Below are positions 23,975-35,000 of a DNA stretch of 64,000 nt, piece after piece. This DNA is from Raillietiella orientalis (lineage: Eukaryota), in contig JAYWIR010000055.1 in assembly GCA_036172245.1 (NCBI GenBank), positions 186,001-250,000 on the forward strand, read 5' to 3'. The notes under the pieces are model-generated. The model worked only from the letters and a program-made list of their open reading frames with translations. It did not search any database and was not told where the DNA came from. A program made the position numbers and the translations under genes. The stretch's first letter is position 1; every line of letters starts with the position of its first letter.

Positions 23975-24896
23975 CGTTTTTTTTTTTTTTTTCGTTTTTT
24001 TTTTTTTTTGGTTCACCAAGCACCTCAAGAGCCGTCACGCCTCTGGTGTCGGCGCTTGCAGCTCTTTGACGCTGCTCTAAGGCACCCGAGGTTGCATGTA
24101 ATTCTTCAAGATACGGAGTACCCGGGACGGGTCCTCCCTATGAATCCAGGAAGGGCTCCGAAGAAAGTTCACGACTGAGGAGGGATCCCCGAAGGGAGAT
24201 CACCTTCACCCTGGTTGTTTCCAAAGAGAACCCGAAGGGAATCTCCTCTTCCTTATTCTCTCTGGAGGGACCTTTGGAGGGGTCCGAATTTCTTCTCCTG
24301 AGGTAACCTGCAAGGGAACTGCTCCTGTTTATTCCTCTGAAGAGAATCCCGAAGGGACGCTTCCGAATTTTCTCAGAAGGGGGCTCCCCGAAGAAAGCGG
24401 CTTGCTTCTCTGCACTCTTTGGAGAGGTGGCGACACACCTACTCCATCAGTACGACGCGGAGGGTCCTCCCGGAACAGGAGGTCCGCTCCTTCACAATCG
24501 GAGGGGAGCTCCCACTCCTTGATTCCTGGAAGGACCCGAAGGTCAACTCCCATTGTATCTGCCTCATCGGGGGTATCCGCTGACGTGGTGTGTCAAGTCG
24601 GTCTGCGCACTGACCACCCGACAGCTCCATAGACTTATTGGCTGCAGCGGGGCCTTGTACCGCAAACACTGACGGAAAGTTTTTCAATGAACGCCCCGGC
24701 TTGACAGGGTGAAAACATCGGGGGCATTCGGTTTGAACTGCTACCAGTGCCGCACCAGAATGAATGTGGTTGAGCTAACGTCATCTTGCGGGAGGAACTT
24801 CAACCCGCGACGCACCGCGTCGATCCTTTCAAAGTGTTCGAACCCACGACGCTTGGTGGTTCCACGCGAAAAGACTGCAGCCACAGGGTCTCCGAC
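23975..24896 (-). mobile_element. tRNA-headed SINE-like structured repeat, copy B (full length, interrupted by a LINE 3' fragment)
   Basis: Reverse complement aligns with copy A from gtcggag...gggttcgaac through gaagaattaca. A-rich tail appears as T-runs at about 23977-24009. Six C-TTCG-G loops on the minus strand. Confidence 0.75.
24580..24715 (+). mobile_element. 136-bp 3' fragment of the L1/Tx1-like family with a 15-bp target-site duplication
   Basis: Shares cggtctgcg, ttggctgcagc, ggggcctt-tacc and aa(t)-aacgccccgg...gggtgaaaa with the 3'UTRs of copies 1 and 2. Flanked by catcgggggtatccg (24565-24579) and catcgggggcattcg (24716-24730), a 13/15 match. Confidence 0.8.
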
Positions 24897-26522
24897 ACGG
24901 GCCCAGGAAGCGAGGAGGAGGCTGAGGAGAGTTCTGCTGGGCTGAAGTGGCCTGCGGGAGGTCCAGTGGGTGGTGCGCAGGTCCTTCCGACCAGACAGCA
25001 GCCAGGGACGCACCTCGCCAGTCGTCCGGGAAGCACTACCCAGCAAGGCCAGGACAAGGAGGACCAGAAGCCGCAGTCCCGGCCTTGTCCCACGTCTTCC
25101 CGAGTTCCGTCCTCGCTCCTGTCCGTCTGCCCGGCCGTCTCCCCACCTGGCGCTCCACGGGCGTTCGCGCGCAACCGCCAAAGGCTGCGGACCCGACCGA
25201 CCGCCTCCTATGCGAATGGAGCCGCTCCCTTGGAGCCCTCCACTGCGGGATGGAACGCCTAGGGCCGCGGATCGCCCGCTGCACGCGAACGGGGGAGCGC
25301 ACCAACGCGGCCACCGATGTCCGGGAATTCCGTAACTTCGCTTTCCCCGTGCTCCAGAGAGTCCTGCTAGCTTTCTGGGGTCCGGAGGGAAGAGCTTCTG
25401 CTTCTCCACCCCCGACTCGCGAGCTACCCTTATCGCAAAGGGAATTCTTCCCTTGAGTTCGCCTCAGTCCCTCAGCAGAGCTCAGGCGGTCAGCTTCCGG
25501 TTGTCACGACGACCATAAGCTGTCCCAGGGACTCGGCACCTCCGACCCCAGGAGGTGTGCAAGGAACGGAGTAAGAACAAGGAATGCTGCTCCCCTTTCG
25601 CAGCTGCTGCGGACCTTGCCTCTGACCGTGATCCTCCCGGATGAATACCCTTGCAGGGGCACTGTCCCATTCCGCGGTTCCCGTGAAACACCGCAATTAT
25701 GTCCGGCAATTAGCGGTATCGCAGGACGACGTCCAGGGAGAGGGCACGCCTTCGCGAGACGAGGGAGGGTCACCGGGCGACCTACTTCCGGGAGCCGCTC
25801 TTCCCGGTCAGTGCCGTCGCGGAAACTCGCCAAGTCCGGCAGCTCCGGCGTGTCTGGCGCGCCAGCGCATCCCGGCCTCTCCATGACGACGACCGCATGG
25901 ATGAGTGCGTTCCTTTGTTCGAGAGGATAAATCAAAGTACTAAAAACCGTGCCATGTACGCCTGCTTTCCTTCCCGTTCTGTTCTGTTGTCCCCCTTCCT
26001 CCTCCTCATCTTCCCCCTCACTCTCCCTGAAGTTTTCCCGTCTTCCCCTTTTCCGAGGCATCTGCACGCTCAGGTTCCTCGCGACACTCAGCTCATCTGT
26101 AAACGCAGGTGCACCGTTGCGAAAAACACCATCACGAGGGCGCCTCTTATCACGGCGCTGCCATGCAACGGGATGTCGGCAGGCTCTTCGTGTTCATGGC
26201 AGGGCGAAGGCGGGGGCGGAAGCTCCGCGTTCGCTCCCTCGTCAGCACGAGACGTGTTTTGCCACCTGCCCCGGCCTGCTTGCACATGCAGACATCTGAT
26301 TTTTCCAGCTTCCCCCTTCATTCAGTAAGCCACTGTTTTCGTGAATGAGAAATGAGGAGCTCCACGAAGTTGCCTCCCGTGTTCCCGAAACGACTCCTGC
26401 AGATCCTCACGCAGAACAAACGAGAACCCCGCAGCCAAATCGATCATGCCGGATTTCGTCGGATTTGGTGTTTGTTTGTTTTTTTGAATTTTTTTTTTTT
26501 TCCACCCGAAGGGAGTTGCAAA

Positions 26523-26525
<3 letters not shown>

Positions 26526-26557
<32 letters not shown>

Positions 26558-26578
26558 GCACAAACACACACACACACA
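26526..26578. repeat. (CA)n microsatellite
   Basis: Imperfect acacac... run seen directly. Confidence 0.95.
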
Positions 26579-29163
26579 AGGAGAGCAAGGAAGAAAAAAA
26601 GGCGGACCACAACAAGACACATCGCTTTCAACTTAAGCACTGCTTCATTCTGACGAAGGCCATTGAAAGGTGCCAGTGACAAATACCGACACCGACGCAA
26701 TGGCGACCGTTCCCTGTAAGTGACGCTGCGAGCACGAACCCGCGCTCTGTCGTTTCCATGATGGATTCGAGGAATTTTCTCATTACGTGTCCTCACATGC
26801 AGGCATGCTTGCCGCTGTATTTATGGCTTTCGAATGCGATGCAGAGGCCTTGCTGATGCAAACTGGGAAATTATAAATCATAGGCTGACAATAAATTGAC
26901 ATCGCATGTCCGAAACCATTCGAGGGAACCGCAGCATCGAAAAAGCACATGCTGCGAACCAACGAGACACCCACACCTGCATAAGGCGTATTGGGAGGCG
27001 GGCTGGCAAGCCTGGCGAGAATCATCAACGACTTCCTCCTCCTTTCCCGCCAAGCACCTCGGGGCCGTTCGCGATGCGCTCTTCAGCGCAAAGGTAGGCG
27101 CTGAAGAGTCGGTCCCCTCCGCTCGGCGGACGCTTAATTGCTCCGCATTCCGCGTGAAACCTTTCCTCAGCTGCGGAAGCCCTGGCACCCCTGCTCCCGA
27201 TTATTGCGCGCCTTATCGATTTTGAAATTTTTGATCCGCGGCCAAACAGCTGTTTGGAAACTGTTCGTCAAGCAAAACTCTTAATGCGAGTTTCCCACTC
27301 ATTCGCTCATTTTTCCAATACATTTTTTTTCTTCCCGTCTCACAGGTATTCCGGGGGGATAATTAGTAGGCATAAGCCGCGTGGGCCACGTTTTTCGAAC
27401 AGGTGGAAAGCAGGTTCGTTGTCGAGTGGCACCATTGCAAGCAGTAGGGTGGAGGCTTCCGCCTCGACACTTTCCTCACGCAGTCCCCTTCCGACCCCGG
27501 TGGAATTTCTTCCAGATTCCATGCTTTGGGAGTTCCTGCATCTGCTCACACCTGCTTTCGTTGCAGCTCCTTAGCTGTGCTGTGTACACGTACATGCACG
27601 TTCCTGCATGTGGTTTGACGCCGCCCTCGCCAACGTCCACTTGCGCACTTCCATGTTAGCAAATTTGTTCGGACGCAAGTCGAAACTGCGCGGAGGGACG
27701 GACTCAGTAAGGTTGGAGCATAATTTACGACCCCCCCCCCCCCCAACTTTCGCCTGGTCACCCAACGGCTTTGGCCGGTCCCACCTGAGCAATGCCCCAC
27801 GGTGCGTCCGTGGCTGCTGCATATCCCACGTTCTTCTTTCTTTTTTTTCTTTTTTTTTTTGCGAACGTAGCCACACTGCCAGCGGCGATCCGCCCGGAGG
27901 GGGTGGTGTGCCTGGTCCATGTGCCATCTCTTCCGCGCCCAAACGTTCGTTCCATCTTGCAGCCGAACGCAAGCGGCGGAAGCAGCTTTTTCCGGGGACC
28001 TCGGGCCAGCTAATTGCAGCCGCGTAACCGATCCCACTAAAGCCACGCTGAGAAATTATTCCCTCCTTCTTTCTTTTTGTTCCTTCCGCGTCCGGTGAGA
28101 CGTTCTAACATATGCAAATCCGACAAACTTGAAGGCATGCAGCGGAAAGTTCCGTCGGTATGAATTACCGTGACCCGCTGGGCGGGCAATTAGATGAGTC
28201 GGTCCTGAAAGGTTCCGTCGGGTCTGCGGTGAAGACATGCGAATCGGAGCATAAATTGTGGCCTCTCTTCCCGCTGGCATCCGGGGCTCTTCTCCGGGAT
28301 CGGACGACCTTTCGAGCGAGGAGCGAGCCGTTCGAATGTTTCCGACCCGCACTGCCATGCAAAGCGTCGTGCAAAACGCAAGTGAAATCGAACGTGCATG
28401 CATTCCATTTGCCTTTCCTCGCCCCCCTTCCCCCTCCTCCCTTTCTTTTTTCTTTTGTGTCTAAACCAAAAAGGAAGGGGGGGTCTCGTTTTTGTTTCAT
28501 TTGAAAAAGCTCGGATGCAGCCCTCAACGCGCACTCTGTTCCTTCTGAATGCACTTTCGGCCGGTCGTTTCGCCTTCTTTTCTTTTTTTTTGCGTTTCTC
28601 TTTTGAGAAGTCATGGGGCTTCCTGGGACAGGCGGAGGTTGAGAAGATTCGCATTTCCATGTCATGGCAGGCTGGGGGGTGCTCGGTCAGCCCCAGCTCG
28701 GTGAGCCCCCTCCGCTGCCTGTGTTCAGCGGATCTGCGGCGCCGCGTTCCTGCCGCCCCGGGAGTAAACTCGGGCTCCAAAGATCCTCTGCGGACGCCCG
28801 CTCAACTGCCCTGGGATCCCCCGCATCTGGGATTGGCCGGACCCACAACGCAAAGGGGGTTGGCTCGCGAGGGCGCGGGCGGCAGGGTGGCACCCCGCGC
28901 GTCCCGCTGCGGGAGGAAGAGGTTTGCAGAACCGACCTGCCTTCGGAGTTCGCACTAGTGGCTCCTGGGTGACCGACCTCCCGGGTGGTTGGCGTGGTCT
29001 CGGCGAGCGATCTCGGACGGAAAGAGGCAAAGAAGGGAGGGGAGAGAGCGCGCGGAACTCCGGCGGGCGGAGGGCCGAGACATCCGAAGGACTATCGATC
29101 GCCGCGATCCTTGCTCTCCGACAGAGGAGCTCTCCGCGACGCCCAGCCTCCTCATCTTTGCAG

Positions 29164-29602
29164 ATGGAAACTTTCTCTCGGCGCAATTTCAAGTTTCTTA
29201 GGATGAAGCGCGAGCTGAGGCGCCTCCTTCCGCTGCTGATTGGTTTCTCCTCCCCCCCTCTCCGCCTCCTCTTCCCCCTTTCTCGGAGCGCGCGATGGAA
29301 GAGGATTCCTGCGGCGGGGGCGGCGGGGAAATCAAAGGGCGCACGCCCGGAGCGGGCAGGGAGACCGAGAGCAGATCGAGACAAACCGAGCAGGAAGGGG
29401 TACGTGAGTGACTCGCGGCCCGCGCTGGGAGGGGCGCCGTCCCACCCCTTTCCTGAACCCTTGGACCCCGTCGAAGGACACTTGAAGCAGTTCGCTGAGC
29501 TCCTCTCAGCGGCGACCTCACGGAGCTGAGGGAGGTTTGGCAGCAGGTCGTCCGGCAGCAGCGACCAACGCTCGCAGACCAGCGCTGCTCTTTGGTCCCT
29601 CG
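29164..29602 (+). other. Partial duplicate of the first large exon of the coiled-coil gene (upstream exons or pseudo-exons)
   Basis: gagctgagggaggtttggcagcaggtcgtccggcag (about 29523) vs gagctgagggaggcgcggcagcaggtcgtccggcag (about 31467). METFSRRNFKFLRMKRELRRL vs VDSLTRRKAFLGIRTDLARV. An open splice 29164-29399/29510-29602 is possible. Confidence 0.5.
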
Positions 29603-31154
29603 GTGAGCGCGCGTGAGGGAGAGGGGAAACTACGATGCGGAGGGCCCCCTCGAATGGAGGAGGGGGGATAGGCGGAAGGAAGTTGCTTCGAGGTCCTCTG
29701 TCCTTTCTGCCTCCGCTTCCTGGCGGCGGCGGCGGCGGCGGCAGCGTGTGGAGACTTCCGGGCGGCATTCCCGTCGGGAAGCGGGGAAGGAAGGAAAGGG
29801 AGGGGGGGGCGAGAAGGGGAGAATGCACGAGGCTCCCGCGCAAAAGTTCCCCTCAATCAACTTTAGATTGGCTTCCGTGGGTCCCGACGGATCGCTGCCC
29901 CCAGGCACTCGCGCACCCCGTCATCGCCGAAGCGTCTCCGGAAGAGGGGCGGCACCCGGGAGAGAACCGGAGGGGGAGGGAGTAGGAGAAAAAGAAGGTG
30001 GGGGGTAGAGGGGAGGGGGCGATCCCACGCCATCCCTTCCTGACTCCCCTTCTCGTGCGACCCCGAACGCTATCTCATTTACTGGAAAAGCGGTCCAGAA
30101 AGACAAGGAAAGCCCTCGGATGGACGGCCCATCCGGGGCCAGGCAGGCCGTCTGGACAAGGGGAACGCCGGCCTCTCTTCGCTTTGCTGAGCTCTGGAAG
30201 AGCCGCAGGCAGGAAATATGCCGGGGAAGGAGGCGCCGACATGGATCGACCGCGCCGTAGGAGCCTCGTCCGGAGGGGCTGCGAGAGAAGGGACGGGGGC
30301 TCTCCCAGAGGGGCTGTGCAGCTCCCTGTAGGGACTTTTCGGACGCCCGGCTGTTCAGAAAGTCCTTAAGGACAAGACAGCCAGGCACGGGGTGCATTGG
30401 CCCCCTCGAGGTCGCCACTCGTGCTGTCGCCTGGCAGGCGGGTCTCTACGGGAACAGATACCGCCGGAGCTCACGTAAGCCACAAGAGACCCTAGGAGCT
30501 ACCCCTCTCCTCCCGAAGACGCTCTCTATTTCTTTTTTTAAGTGGCAGAAGGGAGAGCAGGGCGAGAGGACCATGTCCTTCCCCGCTGCCGTCGCACTGC
30601 CCCCCGCCTCCGCGGAGGGGAGGGCGCTTCCCCCCTATTGATCATCTTCTCTCCCGGCGATCGATGCCCACGGCGCGCGTACTCGTCTTCCTGGACACCG
30701 TGGCGTCCCTGAGCGGGAGTGAAAGCGCCCGTTCGCAGGGGCGTCCTGGGGCTTTCGCGCAAACGAAGGGCTGGAAGACGCCGGGCCCCACTTCTTGCGG
30801 TCCCGGAGGGTCCCAAGGAGGAATAGGGCGGGCAGCCTCGAAGATTGCGTTCCAGGATGAGTCCGGCCCCCGACGGGGAAAAGGACGTTCGCGACGCCCC
30901 TGACCTGCTTTCCTCTCCCCACAGCCAGGCTCGAAGGAAGGGAAGGGAAGAAGGCAGCGCAAGAGGTGGACAGGGAACGCGGGGGTTCGGAGACGATCCG
31001 GGAAGAAGGAAGAAGTTCCTGGGAAGAGCATCCCCTCCCCCTCTGGGCTCTCTGGGGAGTTCCGCGGGAGGGAGGTCATCGCATGTGCGCGCGAGCGGCA
31101 CCACCTCCACTCAGCGTCTTCCCCCTCCCGAAGGTGCGGTCCTGCGACCCCGCC

Positions 31155-31979
31155 ATGAGGATTGTGGCGGAGGAAGAGCTCCTGAACAACCCGACGGGCA
31201 AGATGAGGTGGAGGAGGGACGGGAGGCAGCAGCAGGAAGAACGGGATGTCGAAATTCCGGCTCGTGGGATTGCGGACGCCCCACCCCCCCGGGTGGACAG
31301 CTTGACCCGGCGCAAGGCATTCCTGGGTATTCGGACGGACCTGGCGAGGGTGCAGAGCGCCTTCGAGAGGATCCGGCGGCAGCTGGGTGACCAGGCGGCG
31401 AGAGAGGGCAACGGCGGGGGGAATCCGGAAGCTGAGCTCGACCGCCCTTTCGAGACGCTTCGTGCAGAGCTGAGGGAGGCGCGGCAGCAGGTCGTCCGGC
31501 AGGAGGCGGTCATAACCGGACTGAAGAGGGAGGTGTCGCTCCTGAGGAAGCATGTCGAGGCGCGGGAGCGTCCCCAAAGCGACCGATGCCGACGTCCTGG
31601 CCCCTTCTTCCCCCTCCGGAGCACAGTGGGGCTGCTCTCCTCCAGCAGCAGCGTCAGCGCCAGCAGCGCCGCCGACGCGCTCTCGAAGCAGCCGCCGGCT
31701 GCCTCCGCAGCGGCCTTCAGCACTGACGGCATCTGCTCGCTGATTGCCGCCGTCAGCAAGGAGATCATCGATCGCTCCTCCACCGACGAGGAGGAGAGCG
31801 CCAGCGGTGGCCCGGATCTCCTCCTCGAAAGCTTCCCGAAGGGAGGGATCAACGTCCACGAGGTGGAAGCGCTCCTGAAGGACGTGCCGATGGGGCAGAG
31901 GCAGCGGCAAGCGGCTGGGTCGAAGGACCCCTGCGGAAAAAAACCCGAGGCTCTCACGAAGAGTGTCGGCTTCCCGGAG

Positions 31980-32015
<36 letters not shown>

Positions 32016-35000
32016 TGGAAGTCCTGTCTGCAGATGAGCAAGGAGACGGCAGAGTTTCTCAAGCACAGGAACCTGTGCCTGGCCAAAGAGGTGCGTGCAG
32101 GGAAAAGGGTGGATGTGCAGGGAAATCCCGGTCTCCTCTGTTCCTTTGCGATCTCCCGCGCGGGCTACTTCTCTTCCGGTTCCTCAGCTGGAGGAGGAGC
32201 GCAGGAAGGCGGAGGAGGCCCAGGAGGAGTCAAGACAGCAGGCGCATAAAGCGAGGCTCTCAGAGAACAGACTCAGGGACAGCAGCAGGAGGACCCGAGC
32301 TCTGTTGGAGCAGGTCAAGTGCCTGCAAGCGAGGCTGGACGCCTCAGAGTCCCGCGTCAAGCATGAGAGACAGAGGGACGCCTCCGCGGCACAGGACTCC
32401 CTGAAGCATCAGGCAGAGATCCGGCAGCTCCAAGGCAAGGTTAGGGCAGCGAACTCCAGGATTTCGGAGCTGCTGCGCGAGTGCAAAGATCTGAGGACTA
32501 GGAACGAGGACCTTCAGAAGCTCTGCGACATCCTCAGGGACAAGTGAGTCAGCTCTTCTCTGCTTCCCTCCCCTGGGAGTCCGGAAAACAGACGCTCCTT
32601 CCCTTCCTCGCCTCCCTTCCCTCTCTTACGCTCTTGCCTACCCCTGCACGTCCATCCATCATTACGTGCTGAGCGGGAACTTCCGGAAGGTGGGAGGATC
32701 CCTGGCGCTGCTAATGCTCTGCTACCTTCAGCTTCGCTTCTTCCACTGCCTGGCAGAGAACGCAAACGCCCATACCGCTCTCGAAACTCTTCCTCTCGCC
32801 ACGGACCGGGTGGGAGGTGGCGCGAAATTCTCGGCCCGGTGCTGTGTTCCCCTATGTGTCTTCCCCTCTGCTCTCCCGTCTTCTGGTTGGCTGTCCGGGA
32901 ACGTCGCTAAGGACTCCTTCATCTCTCTCCTACCCCGCGTTCCCTCGAGGCGCGCACAGCTGGAGCGAGGAAGATGAGGGTCTCGGTCGAATCCCCAGAG
33001 TGGTCCCGGGCGAGCCTCGAATCCCTCCCGGAGAGGGACGACAGCGGAATTCGGGGCGACGGCAGATAAGCTCCCCCCACACACACGGGCAGCGAGACGG
33101 TTGTGAAGTTTCCAAGGACGATCAAATAGCTCAACGGAGGGAATGAAGGAAGAGCCTCGGGGAAGGGAAAGCGGGACGAGAGGAAGGGAGGGGAAATCCC
33201 GGCAAAAAGGCAATGGGGAAGGAGTAGGTGCTTTCGCCGTTTCCTCGCTGCACGAAACGTGCCGAGAAACCGTACGTGCGCTGGCAGGAGGCGGGCCGAA
33301 GGATCTACCAGAAGCGCGCGTCGAAGCACCGATCTCCTCCGTCGTCTCTTAGGAAATAACGAGCGGACCCTTTCGGCACCGCGGGAACTCCGTATCTTCT
33401 GCCGAGGTGGGCTCAAGGCGAGCAATCCGAAGGATCCACTGGGAGGAGAAGCCGCATCCGATAGTGGGAAGAAGGAAGGCCTCCAGCAGCAGGCGACCTC
33501 CGATCGGGCGCCATCAGGGGGTCGAGCGATTGAGGAACGGGAGTGTTGAGGAGCAAACACAAGGAGGAGAGGGAGGGGTGCCGGAGGGCAGGTGGTGAAG
33601 CGGGCAGCATGCTGCCGGCCGAGCGCCTACCATGAGGGAGAGTCCGCGAATCGCATATTCCGAGAGAGCCGCCTGAATGCCTAATTTGCCTTCCGAAAGC
33701 CTCCGCGAAACCCCTTTGCTTTCTTGCGCTCTACCTTCTTGGCTGGAAGCAAGCAACCCGCTGAGGGGGGTCTCCATTGGGAGAAGAAAATGGTCCGGGA
33801 AGCGCACGCACCGACCGAGAGGAAGAGGAGAATAATGATGCTGATGGGCGAGTGCTCGGGACCGCTGTATCCGGAAGGGTGTCGTGAGCAGCAAGGCTTG
33901 CTTAGAAGTTGGTGAGTGATGCGAGCCTCCAACTCCTCCTCCTCCCCGTCCTTCCTTGGGAGAACCTATGCCGCGCAGTAGGCCTGAGTGACTTGAGGAA
34001 AAAGGCTTCGTTGGATTTGCCTCGCTGAATCCTGGAAAGAACAGCTCCTTTCGGTTAGGCCGCGTGGAACTGCAGCGTGGTGACGGTTGTTCGTGTCTGT
34101 GGTCAGCAGCGCCGCCACCACGCATGCGCGAGCACCTCAACGAGGGCTTTCCGAGACACGTGCATCCCTGTAAAGATGCAGACAAGAGAACAGCTGGACA
34201 TCACAATGGCATGACCAGGATCAGCGCAATCGGCACGTTCCATCTGGCAGCCGGAAGCGAGTGGCACCGTCTTCTTCTTTTCGACGAACGCATGGCAAGC
34301 GGCCGCAGGACCAAAGGGGGGGGGGGGCAGTCGTCTAGGGAACGCGTGCGACGAAAGTCGGGTTCACTTGAGGGCGTCGAGAATTCTGGAACATGGCTGG
34401 CTAGCCAAGCAGAGTAGGGAACTTCTGCACCGACCCGGAGTGCCTGCTGTGGGGGGAAGGGGGGGTCTGGAGGAGGGAACGGGGCGGAGTCGTTGCGGGT
34501 GATGTCCCGCAAGGCAAAGCGGGAGCACTGCGCCGGGTGCCTAGGCTTAGCGGATCGCATCCGTCCCGAAATAGATCAACAATGCCGGTATCCGCCAACA
34601 ATGCCGTCCGCGTCGCAGGACGTCTGCCGCGTGCACAGTTCACCTGAAGGCGCCGTCCAGAGGCGTCCCGTGGGTGCGTTTCTCTGTTCCTCCTCGTCCA
34701 ACTACCTCCTCCTCCTCTTCCCTCCCGCTCGCCCACCTCCCGTCATGGGGAATTTGCAGGAATGCGAGAACTGAGCAGCAGAGCGCGGAGATGAAGAACC
34801 TGAGCGAGGGCTACCGGCAGAAGCTGAGCACCATCCAGACCACGGTGGAGGGGCTCCGGGTGCAGCTGGAGAGCACGGAGAACCACGTACGGACGCTACA
34901 GAAGAGCAGCCAGAAGCACAAGATCCAAGTACGGGGACGCGCGCGCTCCTACTCCTTGCCCCCCCATCCTCCCCCGATCCGCCCCTCTAACCTACTTGGG

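Noticed and set aside
22254..24080. 608-codon plus-strand ORF (and similar long ORFs at 10955-12148, 30642-32066, 37400-38617)
   Set aside because: Antisense or alternate-frame shadows of high-GC3 genes and GC-rich DNA; no domain signatures.
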